Assembly (NCBI GenBank): GCA_913019935.1
Contig: CAJVZC010000004.1
Span: 108 to 64,107, forward strand
Direction of reading: 5' to 3'
DNA: 64,000 bases
Source of the DNA: an uncultured Methylococcales bacterium
GTDB taxonomy: Bacteria; Pseudomonadota; Gammaproteobacteria; Methylococcales; Methylomonadaceae
Of the stretch, positions 50,780 through 61,079 are shown one piece after another. The first letter of the stretch is position 1. Every line of letters starts with the position of its first letter. Made by a program: the position numbers and the translations under genes. The notes beneath the pieces are model-generated. The model worked only from the letters and a program-made list of their open reading frames with translations, did no database searches and was not told the origin of the DNA.

Positions 50780-51574
50780 ATGTTTAATGTAGGTGATATT
50801 GATCCTATCGCATTTAGTTTAGGCCCACTTAAGGTTCATTGGTATGGCTTAAGTTATTTGCTTGGTTTTGCGGGCGTCTGGTTTTTGGGGCGCATTAGAG
50901 CTCTGAAACCGTATGCACCTATTCCGGTTGAAGCCGTTGATGACTTGGTCTTTTACGGTGCCATGGGTGCTATGTTGGGGGGGCGTATTGGTTATCAGTT
51001 GTTTTATAACTTTGATGTTTTTATTGCTGACCCGATTTTGATAATAAAGATATGGCAAGGCGGGATGTCATTACATGGTGGTGTGATAGGGGTGTTTGTT
51101 GCCTATTGGTTTATGGCTAGACAATATAGCTGTAAGATGCTGCAACTCATTGATTTTCTTGCTCCTTTATCTTGTGTCGGCTTGTTTTCAGGGCGTGTTG
51201 CTAATTTTATAAACGGTGAATTGTGGGGTAAAACAACAGACTTGCCGTGGGGCGTTATTTTTCCACGCGTAGATTTTTTGCCTCGGCACCCCTCTCAGCT
51301 TTATGAGGCGCTACTTGAGGGTTTGTTGATGTTTATTGTGCTTTGGCTGTTTACCGCTAAAGAGCGTCCTTACATGGCCCCAACGGGGTTGATTTTCATG
51401 GGTTATGGTTGTTCGCGGTTTTTTGTTGAGTTTTTTCGTTTACCGGATGCCCATTTAGGGTATCTCGCGTTTGGTTGGGTCACGATGGGGCAACTCTTAA
51501 CCTTGCCAATGATTTTGATCGGTGCCTTGTTGTTTTATTTTGCCTATAAGAAAAAAACATGCAGCAATATTTAG
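50780..51574 (+). CDS. lgt: prolipoprotein diacylglyceryl transferase
   Basis: [17 protein letters not shown] and HPSQLYEA motifs. Confidence 0.95.
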   Translation: MFNVGDIDPIAFSLGPLKVHWYGLSYLLGFAGVWFLGRIRALKPYAPIPVEAVDDLVFYGAMGAMLGGRIGYQLFYNFDVFIADPILIIKIWQGGMSLHGGVIGVFVAYWFMARQYSCKMLQLIDFLAPLSCVGLFSGRVANFINGELWGKTTDLPWGVIFPRVDFLPRHPSQLYEALLEGLLMFIVLWLFTAKERPYMAPTGLIFMGYGCSRFFVEFFRLPDAHLGYLAFGWVTMGQLLTLPMILIGALLFYFAYKKKTCSNI

Positions 51575-52353
51575 CCTTACTTCAGGACGTTCTTGATAAC
51601 GGAAGCATTAAAACAGATCGTACGGGCACGGGGACAAAAAGTGTTTTTGGGCGACAAATGCGTTTTGATTTAGCACAAGGGTTTCCGTTGGTCACCACAA
51701 AAAAGGTTCATTTACCTTCAATTATTCATGAGTTACTTTGGTTTCTTTCAGGACAGACAAACATAAGGTATTTGAAAGAAAAGGGTGTTCGAATTTGGGA
51801 TGAGTGGGCCGATGAGAACGGTGAATTAGGCGATGTATACGGTAAACAGTGGCGAGCTTGGCCTGGAAATGAGGGTGAAACCATTGACCAATTATCCTTA
51901 TTGGTTGAACAAATAAAAAATAACCCGGATTCAAGGCGCCATATTGTAAGTGCATGGAATGTTGCCCACATTAATCAAATGGCTTTGCCCCCCTGTCATT
52001 ATTTTTTTCAGTTTTATGTCCTTGAAGGTCGATTAAGCTGTATGTTTAATATGCGTTCTTGTGATATTTTTTTAGGGCTTCCATTTAATCTAGCGAGTTA
52101 TGCTTTGCTGACACATATGCTGGCTCAGCAGTGTGATTTATTGCCCGGAGAATTGATTTGGACCGGCGGGGACGCTCACTTATATTTAAATCATTTAGAG
52201 CAGGCGCAATTGCAATTAACACGAGAGCCTAGAGCGTTACCGACACTGACTGTGTTACGAAAGCCACAGAGTCTTTTTGATTATGCCTTTGAAGATTTTG
52301 TTATTACGGGTTATGACGCTCATCCCCACATTAAAGCCCCGGTAGCGGTTTAG
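51559..52353 (+). CDS. thyA: thymidylate synthase
   Basis: [22 protein letters not shown]..., and the catalytic LPPCH. Overlaps lgt by 16 nt, an lgt-thyA linkage like that in E. coli. Confidence 0.97.
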   Translation: MQQYLALLQDVLDNGSIKTDRTGTGTKSVFGRQMRFDLAQGFPLVTTKKVHLPSIIHELLWFLSGQTNIRYLKEKGVRIWDEWADENGELGDVYGKQWRAWPGNEGETIDQLSLLVEQIKNNPDSRRHIVSAWNVAHINQMALPPCHYFFQFYVLEGRLSCMFNMRSCDIFLGLPFNLASYALLTHMLAQQCDLLPGELIWTGGDAHLYLNHLEQAQLQLTREPRALPTLTVLRKPQSLFDYAFEDFVITGYDAHPHIKAPVAV

Positions 52354-52355
52354 CG

Positions 52356-52850
52356 ATGAAACTTTCTATTATTGTTGCGATGGCTAATAACCGGGTTATT
52401 GGCCTAGAGAACCAAATGCCTTGGCATTTGTCAGCGGATTTGAAAAGATTTAAAGAAATAACCATGGGTAAGCCCATTTTAATGGGTCGAAAAACATTTG
52501 AATCCATTGGTCGCCCTTTACCGGGGCGGACAAATATAATTATTAGTCGAAATGAAGCTTACTCACCATCCGGGTGCCAAGTTTTTTCGAGTATAGAGCA
52601 AGCATTAGAAGCACATAAAAAGGCTACAGAAATAATGGTTATTGGCGGCTCAGGTATCTATAAAGCCTTGTTACCGTTAACGGATAAGATTTATTTAACA
52701 CAAATAAACAGTACTTTTGAGGGTGATGTTTTTTTTCCAGAAACGAAAAACTCACAATGGCGGGAGGTCGCTAATTTAAAGGTTATTGATGATAAAACGG
52801 TGTCTTTTGAATACAGCTTTAAAATACTTAATAGAATTAGTCGCGAGTGA
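52356..52850 (+). CDS. folA: dihydrofolate reductase
   Basis: IVAMANNRVIGLENQMPWHL and GRKTFESIGRPLPGR motifs. Confidence 0.95.
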   Translation: MKLSIIVAMANNRVIGLENQMPWHLSADLKRFKEITMGKPILMGRKTFESIGRPLPGRTNIIISRNEAYSPSGCQVFSSIEQALEAHKKATEIMVIGGSGIYKALLPLTDKIYLTQINSTFEGDVFFPETKNSQWREVANLKVIDDKTVSFEYSFKILNRISRE

Positions 52851-52984
52851 ATCGTTAAAAAAATAATTGTTATTTGTATAGATCTCCTATAGAGTGGCCG
52901 ACTACAAAAATTTTTAACATTAATTTTTGGGCATAAAGGTTGTAATAAAATATTAAAATTTTCTTTAAACTAATAGTGAGTACT

Positions 52985-53365
52985 ATGAAAAAATTTCTAT
53001 CAGCTATAATTATTGCCGGTTCTGTTCTGGGTATGAGTGTGTTTTCTACTGCAGCAGTTGCCCAAGGTGGAACTATGTTAAGTTTCGCAGATATTGCTAA
53101 AGCAATTGATGATTGTGAAGCATTAGTAGCTAAAGCAGGCGAATTAAATGCAGCAGGCGGTGATAAAGCTATCATTATGAAACTAATGAAAGCAGCACGC
53201 CAATCTTCTAAAATGATCACCGGTGATAACTTTGGTGCAGAATTAGATTTCACACAAGATAAACTAAAACGTGCCTATTTTGGCGTTAAAAAAGAAAAAG
53301 ATGATCGCGCAGAATCTCTTGCTGAAGCAGTAAAAGGTTTTCAAATATTGAAAACAATGATCTAA
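52985..53365 (+). CDS. secreted Ala-rich alpha-helical protein, unknown function (paralog of 60399-60830)
   Basis: Signal peptide MKKFLSAIIIAGSVLGMSVFSTAAVA. Its own terminator follows. Shares the patch ARQ[SA]SK[ML]I..(10)..F..D..[KR].A with the 60399 gene. The track start is GTG 52976. Confidence 0.7.
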   Translation: MKKFLSAIIIAGSVLGMSVFSTAAVAQGGTMLSFADIAKAIDDCEALVAKAGELNAAGGDKAIIMKLMKAARQSSKMITGDNFGAELDFTQDKLKRAYFGVKKEKDDRAESLAEAVKGFQILKTMI

Positions 53366-53380
53366 AAGCAAGTTGTTATG

Positions 53381-53410
53381 AATACACTGGGTTAGCGCTC
53401 AGTGTATTTT
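53381..53410 (+). terminator. rho-independent terminator
   Basis: AATACACTG ggttagcgct CAGTGTATT followed by TT.GCTTTCTTT. Confidence 0.6.
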
Positions 53411-53417
53411 GCTTTCT

Positions 53418-54239
53418 TTAGTAGTGATTAAGGGGGCAGGTTAAGGAAAGACGTTCTACTCTTTTTTCAAGTCTCAGAGCTGTAAGTTGCCCACCCCAGA
53501 GGCAACCGGTGTCAATGCAGTAGCAGTTATTTTTTTCAAAATACCCTAAGTTTGACCAGTGGCCAAAGATGATTCTATGGGAGCTTTGGTGTCGTTTTGG
53601 CATATCAAACCATGGAATGAGTTCTTTCGGTTGTACGCCAGGCGGATCCTTATTTTCAAAATCAAGCGCACCATTTTCGTAACAAAATCGCATTCGAGTA
53701 AAGGCGTTTAAAATATACCTTAATCGTTTATAGCCGGTAAGGGTATCGCTCCAGCGGTCAGGAGTATCACCGTACATTTTTTCCAGTAGTTTTAGATAGC
53801 GATCGTCATCTTGTAATTGCATTTCTACTTCACGTGCCATTTTTTTAGCTGTCTCTAAATCCCATTGTGGCGCAATGCCAGCATGAACCAGATAATAAGG
53901 TTCTTGGTAATGCAGTAATGGGCGATAACGTAACCAATGTAAGAGTTCGTCGCAATCTTCAGCGTGCAGTATAGCGTTAAGCGATAATTCTTTTTTACGG
54001 GGTTTTTTTATTTTATGAGCAATCGCTAATAGGTGTAGGTCGTGATTACCTAAAACAGTAATAGCAGAAGGACCTAGCGATTTAATGAACCGAAGGCATT
54101 CTAGAGATTTGGGTCCTCGATTAACCAAATCTCCGACAAACCAAAGTTGATCAGAGTGTGGATTAAATTTAATTTTATCCAGTAGCCGTAATAAATCATC
54201 GTAACAACCTTGAAGGTCCCCTATTGCATAAGTCGCCAT
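53418..54239 (-). CDS. apaH: bis(5'-nucleosyl)-tetraphosphatase, symmetrical
   Basis: MATYAIGDLQGC, GDLVNRGP and GNHD metallophosphatase motifs. Confidence 0.95.
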   Translation of the reverse strand: MATYAIGDLQGCYDDLLRLLDKIKFNPHSDQLWFVGDLVNRGPKSLECLRFIKSLGPSAITVLGNHDLHLLAIAHKIKKPRKKELSLNAILHAEDCDELLHWLRYRPLLHYQEPYYLVHAGIAPQWDLETAKKMAREVEMQLQDDDRYLKLLEKMYGDTPDRWSDTLTGYKRLRYILNAFTRMRFCYENGALDFENKDPPGVQPKELIPWFDMPKRHQSSHRIIFGHWSNLGYFEKNNCYCIDTGCLWGGQLTALRLEKRVERLSLTCPLNHY

Positions 54240-54241
54240 CG

Positions 54242-54619
54242 TTAGTGCAGGGTGCGAGGAATGGATAACGTAAAGCGGGGAATGGGGCAGTTAAAATTAG
54301 TGCCATCATCAGAGATTAAAATGTATTTACCTTGCATCACACCGATAGGTGTTTCAAGCATAGCTCCGCTGGTGTATTGAAAAGATTCCCCCGGTTTTAA
54401 ATAAGGTTGTTCACCGACAACGCCGTCGCCACTCACCTCTTGTGTTTTGCCATTAGAATCAGTAATTAACCAGGATCTACTGAGTAAGGTGGCAGCTACG
54501 GTACCTCTATTTGAAATAGTAATGGTATAGGCAAAAACATAACGGTTATCTTGGGGTGAAGATTTTGAGGGAAGGTAACAGGGTACGGTTTCCACAGATA
54601 TTTTATTTTGTTTGCCCAT
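54242..54619 (-). CDS. apaG: ApaG (DUF525) protein
   Basis: FAYTITISN...WLITD..G....V.G.GVVGEQP pattern. Lies upstream of apaH. Confidence 0.92.
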   Translation of the reverse strand: MGKQNKISVETVPCYLPSKSSPQDNRYVFAYTITISNRGTVAATLLSRSWLITDSNGKTQEVSGDGVVGEQPYLKPGESFQYTSGAMLETPIGVMQGKYILISDDGTNFNCPIPRFTLSIPRTLH

Positions 54620-54740
54620 AGTATTCTCAAGTTTTAGAGTGGATTATTTGAACTGAATGTATCAATAAACGCAAGTAGAAAATATTGTGTTGATGGTTAA
54701 TAATAGGGTTTAAGGTAATGATGAAATCAAAGGAAAGATT

Positions 54741-56102
54741 GTGCATATTCATATTTTAGGTATTTGTGGCACCTTTATGGGCGGGATTGCTCAGATTGCA
54801 AAACAATTAGGCCATGAGGTCAGTGGAACGGATCAAAATATTTATCCACCGATGAGTACACAATTGGAGGCGTTGGACATACGATTAATGTCGGGTTACC
54901 AAAAAGAGCATCTGGAATTATTAAAACCCGACTTGGTGGTTATTGGTAATGCGTTGTCGAGAGGGAATCCGGCTGTTGAGTATATTTTAAATCGGGGTCT
55001 TCGTTATTGTTCTGGACCACAATGGTTGAGTGAAGCCGTTTTGCGAGACCGATGGGTCTTGGCCGTTGCAGGAACTCACGGTAAAACAACGACGGCGAGT
55101 ATGCTCGCTTGGATACTGGATTATAATGATTTTTCGCCGGGCTTTTTAATTGGCGGTGTTCCGCTTAATTTTACCCAATCAGCACGGTTAGGTGAGTCTG
55201 ATTTTTTTGTCATAGAGGCAGACGAATATGATACTGCTTTTTTTGATAAACGCTCCAAGTTTGTACACTATCACCCGAACACACTGGTTTTGAATAATTT
55301 GGAATATGACCATGCTGATATTTTTCCAGATGTAGAGGCGATTAAACGTCAATTTCATCATTTGGTTAGGCTGGTTCCGGAGCAAGGACTCATTATTGCG
55401 CCCAGTCATGAGGATGAGATTTCGAGTGTTTTATCACAAGGGTGTTGGACGACTGTTGAGAGAAGTTCAATTGGTGGGGAAAGTGAATGGAATGCAACAT
55501 TGTTGAATCCTGATGGTAGTGACTTTCGTGTGACCTTTGAAGATAAAAATGAAGCGTTGATCAGCTGGAATTTAACGGGATTACATAATGTAAGTAATGC
55601 GTTGTCAGCAATTGCAGCGGCTCGAAATGTTGGCATTTCGGTGGCTGACTCGAGTGCAGCATTAAACCGGTTTGAGAATGTTAAGCGGCGCATGGAAGTT
55701 ATTTACCAGAAAAAGGGTATTACGGTTTATGATGATTTTGCGCATCATCCCACGGCGATACAAACGACCCTGGCAGGGTTGAGGCAAAAAGTGGGTGATG
55801 AGCTCATTATTGCCATTGTTGAGCCGGCATCTAATAGTATGAAACAGGGTATTCATCAAAACACGTTAGGGCCGTCACTTAAGGAAGCCAATATCGGGTT
55901 TATTTATCGGTCATCGGGAATGCAATGGGATATGACGGCGCTTGAACAAACCGACAAACAACTTTATGTCATGGATTCTATTGATGAAATACTAACGGCT
56001 TTAGTGGGCGCTGTTAAAGGCCCTTGTCATATTTTAATTATGAGTAATGGTCATTTTGAGGGTTTGTACGATCGGTTAAAAAAACAATTAGACGTTGCTT
56101 AA
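54741..56102 (+). CDS. mpl: UDP-N-acetylmuramate:L-alanyl-gamma-D-glutamyl-meso-DAP ligase
   Basis: GTG start. HIHILGICGTFMGG and AVAGTHGKTTT motifs. Collinear with E. coli Mpl. Confidence 0.95.
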   Translation: MHIHILGICGTFMGGIAQIAKQLGHEVSGTDQNIYPPMSTQLEALDIRLMSGYQKEHLELLKPDLVVIGNALSRGNPAVEYILNRGLRYCSGPQWLSEAVLRDRWVLAVAGTHGKTTTASMLAWILDYNDFSPGFLIGGVPLNFTQSARLGESDFFVIEADEYDTAFFDKRSKFVHYHPNTLVLNNLEYDHADIFPDVEAIKRQFHHLVRLVPEQGLIIAPSHEDEISSVLSQGCWTTVERSSIGGESEWNATLLNPDGSDFRVTFEDKNEALISWNLTGLHNVSNALSAIAAARNVGISVADSSAALNRFENVKRRMEVIYQKKGITVYDDFAHHPTAIQTTLAGLRQKVGDELIIAIVEPASNSMKQGIHQNTLGPSLKEANIGFIYRSSGMQWDMTALEQTDKQLYVMDSIDEILTALVGAVKGPCHILIMSNGHFEGLYDRLKKQLDVA

Positions 56103-58586
56103 TTAGTGTTCTCGAAGAATGGATAAGGGGCTTTTATTAACGACTTTACGAATACTCCAAAGTCCCGTTAAGGTAATGAGTGTAGTGCCTAGCAGGGGTA
56201 CGAAAAACCAGAGCGTCAGGCTGGGAAGGTAGGTTATTTTTAGAATAAAGTGATACAGGGCGAAAGAGGCAATGTCGTGTAACAGGACAGCGAATAAGCT
56301 AGAGAAAAAGCCAAGACCAATAAATTCCAGCAGGTGGTTATTTCGAAGCAGTGATCGGTTGGCACCTAGGGTACGCAGTAAGGCGCTTTGGTGGCGACGC
56401 TCATCAAGTGTGGCATTGATTGTGGCAGCTAAGACAATCAGCCCTGCAATTAAGGCAAAGACCAGCAGGTAGTTAATGGCTTGGGTGAGTTGTTTTAAAA
56501 TGAGACTCAATTGGTTCAGAATAAAGTCAACTTCAAGAACAGTGATGGCGGGGTATTTTTTAGCCAATGTATTTAGACTATTTTTGTTTTCAGGGGCTAA
56601 ATAAAAACTGGTAATAAAGGTTTTGGGAAAAGGGGTTAACGAGCCAGGTGAAAAAATAAAATAGAAATTAGGTTTCATTGAATCCCAATTAACGTGACGA
56701 ACACTAGTAACAGTGGCATTGATGGTTTCATGGCCAATGGTAAACGTTAATGTATCATTGAGTTGAACATTGAGGCTAGTGGCTAGTTTTTGTTCAATAG
56801 AAACTTGATGGGATGGCGGGTTTTGGTACCACTTCCCAGAGGTAAGAACATTACCCTCTGGCAATTGTTTTGACCACGTTAAACTGAGATCACGGTGGAT
56901 AGCGCGCTCACCTTGGGAGTCTTTGCTCACTATTTTTTGTACCGCTTGGTTGTTAATTTTGATCAGACGGCCGCGTACGATCGGGAATAAAGCTTGAGTG
57001 TTTATGTTATGCGTTGTTAAATCTGTTTTAAAGTCGTCACGCTGGTGTTCAAACAGGTTTAAGACAAAATGGTTGGGTGTTGTTTTGGGTAGTTGTGTTT
57101 GCCAGTCGCTTATTAGATTTTGGTGAACCGAAAAACTTAATAGCATCGCCATTAAGGTGAGGCTAAAAGCCAGTATTTGAGCGGCGGTGTTCTTCCTGTT
57201 TTTAACTAATGACAGTAATGCAAAACGAACATTTAAATTAACCCGTGATTCGAGTTTTTTTATGACAGTTAGCAGTAGGTAGATAAGCCCCATTAATAGT
57301 GTAATACCTAATGAGGCGAGCAGTGTTAATAACAAGGTGAATTTTATGTCTAGGGTGAAGGTGTAAATTAATCCTGAAATAATCAACAGTGCCATGCCGT
57401 AAACGATTCCGGATTGAGTGGGTATAGGATCCAGTTCGCGTCTCAAAATACGCAAAGGGGAAACTTTTTTGAGTTGAAGTAATGGCGGTAGTGCAAACCC
57501 TAATAAGATAACCATGCCGGTGATCAAGCCAAAAAAGGCCGCAAGTGGATTGGCGGTGGCAATAGTTTCAGGCAGTAAGTTTTTAAGTAATGCAAAGAGC
57601 CCTGCATGGCTAACCCAACCTAAAAGGCAGCCTAAAAGGCTGGCTAAAAAACCTAAGAGCAGCAGTTGCGTGATAAATAGTTTTACGATTTGAGCTTGGG
57701 TACAGCCTAAGCAGCGCAAAATAGCTGCGGAATTAAAATGACGTTCACTGTAGCGCCTTGTGGTGATTGCAATAGCTACACCGGCGATGAGTATTATGAT
57801 GACACTCGACAGGCGTAAATATTTTTGGACGCGATCTAAGGCGGTACCAATTTCTGGTCTGTCGACATGAATATCCATAATCCGTTGTGAGGGATTCAGA
57901 CGTTTTTTGGAAAATTGTTTAAAGGATTTAAGCGCGGTGTCTTGACCGGTAAATTGATAATAGTAATGAACGTGACTGCCGGGCTTAAGAATACCGGTTT
58001 CAGGAACATCCTGTGTATGCATCATGAGCCGGGGAGATAGGCTGTAAAGGTTGCCGCGTTTATCCGGTTCGTAAGTGATTATATTACTGAGTATGAGTTT
58101 TTTGTTGCCGACGTGTAGGCTTTCGCCCAGGGTTAAATTCAGTGCTGATAAAATGCGTTTATCAATCCAAGCATGACCGGGTTGGGGGCCGTGAGTAACC
58201 GTTTCTTCTTGGCCAAAAGGGTTACCGGTTATTTTGAGCGAGCCACGTAATGGGTAGTGGTTGCTAACGGCTTTAATGCTCGCTAAAAGGAAGCCATCGT
58301 TTTCCATGAGTACACTGGAAAATTCAGCGGTCATAGTTTGTTTGAGTGCTAAGGTGTTGGCGACGCTGAGCCAGTCGCTAGTGAGTGTTGTTGGACTGGT
58401 GACAACAAGATCGCCAGCAAGAAACTGACCGGCTTGTGAAACCATGGTGGTTTCGAGACGATTAGAAAAAAGGCTGATTGTAGTTGCGCTGGTTACGGCA
58501 ACGATTAATGCAAAGCTTAAAAGGGTAAGTTCACCCGAGCGCCCTTCCCGACGTAACAGGCGACACGCTAATAAAAAAAGGTTCAT
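56103..58586 (-). CDS. ybbP: FtsX-like ABC transporter permease YbbP
   Basis: 827 aa with two FtsX-type TM bundles. ATGA-coupled to ybbA. Confidence 0.88.
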   Translation of the reverse strand: MNLFLLACRLLRREGRSGELTLLSFALIVAVTSATTISLFSNRLETTMVSQAGQFLAGDLVVTSPTTLTSDWLSVANTLALKQTMTAEFSSVLMENDGFLLASIKAVSNHYPLRGSLKITGNPFGQEETVTHGPQPGHAWIDKRILSALNLTLGESLHVGNKKLILSNIITYEPDKRGNLYSLSPRLMMHTQDVPETGILKPGSHVHYYYQFTGQDTALKSFKQFSKKRLNPSQRIMDIHVDRPEIGTALDRVQKYLRLSSVIIILIAGVAIAITTRRYSERHFNSAAILRCLGCTQAQIVKLFITQLLLLGFLASLLGCLLGWVSHAGLFALLKNLLPETIATANPLAAFFGLITGMVILLGFALPPLLQLKKVSPLRILRRELDPIPTQSGIVYGMALLIISGLIYTFTLDIKFTLLLTLLASLGITLLMGLIYLLLTVIKKLESRVNLNVRFALLSLVKNRKNTAAQILAFSLTLMAMLLSFSVHQNLISDWQTQLPKTTPNHFVLNLFEHQRDDFKTDLTTHNINTQALFPIVRGRLIKINNQAVQKIVSKDSQGERAIHRDLSLTWSKQLPEGNVLTSGKWYQNPPSHQVSIEQKLATSLNVQLNDTLTFTIGHETINATVTSVRHVNWDSMKPNFYFIFSPGSLTPFPKTFITSFYLAPENKNSLNTLAKKYPAITVLEVDFILNQLSLILKQLTQAINYLLVFALIAGLIVLAATINATLDERRHQSALLRTLGANRSLLRNNHLLEFIGLGFFSSLFAVLLHDIASFALYHFILKITYLPSLTLWFFVPLLGTTLITLTGLWSIRKVVNKSPLSILREH

Positions 58587-59272
58587 GCGGTTTTTCCATT
58601 TTCAAGCATAAGCGTTCGGCTACAGAGTGTTGCCAGCGATTGGTCATGAGTAACCAGTACCAGTGTGGTTTTGTTTTCTTCGTTTAAAGCAAAAAGTAAA
58701 TCAATAATCGTCTTACCGGTTTTTTGGTCTAAGTTACCGGTGGGTTCATCGGCAAAAAGAATACTGGGTTGGGTGACAAAGGCTCTTGCTAAGGCAACGC
58801 GTTGTTGTTCGCCGCCGGATAATTGGCTGGGCCGGTGGTTGTAGCGATGAGATAACCCGACCCGATCAAGAAAATTGAGGGCTTTATCTTTAGCATGAGG
58901 GTGGCCAATGATTTCCAGCGGTAGCATGACATTTTCAAGGGCAGTCAAATTATTCAGGAGTTGGAAGTTTTGAAAAACAAAACCGATAAATTGGTTTCGA
59001 AGGCGGGCCTTATCATCTTCAGTCATGGTTGTGAGTGGTTGACCATTAATCGTGATAGTGCCGGAAGAGGGTGTATCAAGGCCGGCTAATAGGCTAATTA
59101 GAGTGGTTTTTCCTGATCCGGACATACCCATGATCGCCAGGCTTTCACCACGGTTAATGTTAAGATGAATATCAGATAAGATAGTGAGTGAACCGTTTGC
59201 AGTTAAGACGGTTTTACTGAGGTTTTTAGCGCTAATAATAGTTTCCGATAAGGCGTCGGATTGGATAGACAT
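58583..59272 (-). CDS. ybbA: ABC transporter ATP-binding protein YbbA
   Basis: Walker [10 protein letters not shown], signature LSGGEQQR, and Walker [10 protein letters not shown]. Confidence 0.92.
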   Translation of the reverse strand: MSIQSDALSETIISAKNLSKTVLTANGSLTILSDIHLNINRGESLAIMGMSGSGKTTLISLLAGLDTPSSGTITINGQPLTTMTEDDKARLRNQFIGFVFQNFQLLNNLTALENVMLPLEIIGHPHAKDKALNFLDRVGLSHRYNHRPSQLSGGEQQRVALARAFVTQPSILFADEPTGNLDQKTGKTIIDLLFALNEENKTTLVLVTHDQSLATLCSRTLMLENGKTA

Positions 59273-59273
59273 A

Positions 59274-59888
59274 ATGAAAAAGATCCTGATTGTTTTAATG
59301 GTCTGTGGAATAAGCCCAGTCGGAGCTTCACCGGCAACGATTGTTATTTATGGTGACAGTATAAGTGCTGCCTATGGTATCGGGTTAGATCTGGGTTGGG
59401 TTACTTATTTACAAAAAAAATTACAAGCTGAAGGGTATAGCTATGCTGTTAGCAATGAAAGTATTAGTGGTGAAACTAGCGCGGGCGGTGTTGCTCGAAT
59501 TGATGAGGTTTTAGCGGCCACTAAGCCTAAGGTTTTGATTTTGGAGTTAGGGGCCAATGATGGTTTGCGTGGATTGTCGCCGGTTATTCTGAAACAGAAT
59601 TTAAGTATAATTATCAATCGAGCTCACCAATCAGGGGCTAAAGTTTTGTTAATAAGTATGCGGATACCGCCCAATTATGGTCCGCGTTATACAGAACTCT
59701 TTTATCAGACTTATCCGGCTTTAGCGAAAACGCTCAAAATTCCATGGGTGCCCTTTATTTTAAATGACATCGCCCTGAATAAAAAATTAATGCAAGGTGA
59801 TGGTCTTCATCCTAATGCGGAGGCTCAGCCGTTGATTGCGGATAAAATATGGCTTTATTTGCAGCCCTTGTTAGTCACGGTGCAATAA
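59274..59888 (+). CDS. tesA: SGNH arylesterase / acyl-CoA thioesterase I
   Basis: GDSISAAYG, GANDGLRG and DGLHPN blocks. Collinear with E. coli TesA. The start is placed at MKKILIV (signal peptide). The track start 59184 would overlap ybbA. Confidence 0.9.
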   Translation: MKKILIVLMVCGISPVGASPATIVIYGDSISAAYGIGLDLGWVTYLQKKLQAEGYSYAVSNESISGETSAGGVARIDEVLAATKPKVLILELGANDGLRGLSPVILKQNLSIIINRAHQSGAKVLLISMRIPPNYGPRYTELFYQTYPALAKTLKIPWVPFILNDIALNKKLMQGDGLHPNAEAQPLIADKIWLYLQPLLVTVQ

Positions 59889-59892
59889 CGGT

Positions 59893-60210
59893 TTATTTTT
59901 TAACTTCAGGTGCTGTACTTTTTTCAATCACGGCCGGGCTGGTCTTCTTTTGTGGGGGTATGGGTGTGTTCTTTTGTTGATCGGCTAGTTTTTCTTTGGC
60001 CCGTTTGACGTTTTCAGGCGAAATAGGTGCATCTCTAAGTCCTTCGCCGTACATCGTGGCGGCGGTCATGATTAAGGCTAAAGAAATAAGGGTTGGACCT
60101 AGGCGGGTAGGTTCCTTCATAAAGAATAAGGCCCAGTTAGGTTTGATTAATCCGACGATAAGGTAACAGACAGCGAAGATAAAAATATTAAAAGACCAGA
60201 TAATCAACAT
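59893..60210 (-). CDS. hypothetical membrane protein
   Basis: Two predicted TMs followed by a Lys/Pro-rich tail. I see no clear RBS. Confidence 0.5.
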   Translation of the reverse strand: MLIIWSFNIFIFAVCYLIVGLIKPNWALFFMKEPTRLGPTLISLALIMTAATMYGEGLRDAPISPENVKRAKEKLADQQKNTPIPPQKKTSPAVIEKSTAPEVKK

Positions 60211-60398
60211 AGTAGTAACTTGAAGGTGAGTGAGTAAAGAACATTGAATTGTATTAAAAAATGGCAGGCGAAGAAAGTTTTTCTGTTAATTTTTAGTAAA
60301 ATAGCCCTAAATATGTTATTGTGACCAGCTTTATTGCTCTTAGTTAGAGGGATTTAGGGGTAATAAAAACGAATTTTTAAAATTTTGAGGAATATTAA

Positions 60399-60830
60399 AT
60401 GACACTTGTAAAAAGATTTTTAGTAGCACTTGTAATGACCTTTTCAATGGCCGTTATGACAACTTACTCATCTTCAGCTTCGGCTAAAGGTATTGAGGTA
60501 ACTGGTAAAGAAGCTTCAGCTAGAGTACTAGAAGCACTTAATGCGGCTAGAGCCGGTGCAGAATCTGCAACTTCTGAAAGATTAGCTGCAATTATTACTG
60601 ATGCACGTCAAGCTTCTAAGTTGATCTCTGTAGGTGCATTAGCCTCACAAGTTCAATTTGCTTGGGACGGTATTCGTGTTGCTAAGAAACATTACAAATA
60701 TGCCGCTAAAGCAGCAAAAGGTACTGGTACTTACAAAGGTGCAACAGAAGCAGAGCACCGTGCATTAGGTGCAGAGCAAGTTATTAAATCAATCGCTGAC
60801 TTTGAAGCAATTGAAGCTGCAGTATTGTAA
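60399..60830 (+). CDS. secreted Ala-rich alpha-helical protein, unknown function (paralog of 52985-53365)
   Basis: GAGGA RBS. Signal peptide ending SSASA. A strong terminator lies downstream. Codon choice is dominated by GCT/GCA/GGT/GAA. Confidence 0.75.
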   Translation: MTLVKRFLVALVMTFSMAVMTTYSSSASAKGIEVTGKEASARVLEALNAARAGAESATSERLAAIITDARQASKLISVGALASQVQFAWDGIRVAKKHYKYAAKAAKGTGTYKGATEAEHRALGAEQVIKSIADFEAIEAAVL

Positions 60831-60860
60831 GACAACTATTTTTTAAGTTGTTTAAGAATT

Positions 60861-60896
60861 TAGGTTACTCGTTTTTTACGGGTAACCTATTTTTTT
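60861..60896 (+). terminator. rho-independent terminator
   Basis: TAGGTTACTCG tttttt ACGGGTAACCTA followed by TTTTTTT. Confidence 0.8.
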
Positions 60897-61079
60897 AAGT
60901 GTAGGAATGGTTGCCAGGCTGTTTCTTGTTGTTTGATTCTGTCTTGAATCGACCTCCCTTAACTTTAATTATTTATACCGGGTGTAGCGCTTATAAATAA
61001 TTCTTGTTTTCCTCTTGTTGACTAACGTTCTATAATCAAGACACGTAAAACTTTATCTTTGTACTGTTAGGAGATGAAT

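Noticed and set aside
52870-53253. A 127-aa minus-strand ORF antisense to the secreted Ala-rich protein gene.
   Set aside because: It is a mirror-image ORF of an Ala-rich (GCN) gene. The plus-strand frame has a signal peptide, an RBS, a terminator and a paralog at 60399. The minus frame has none of these.
60211-60398. A sigma-54 type promoter (TGGCAG...) upstream of the 60399 secreted-protein gene, and another near 60905.
   Set aside because: The GG and GC elements are not at the required spacing (TGGCAC-N5-TTGC). I could not fit a convincing -24/-12 promoter.
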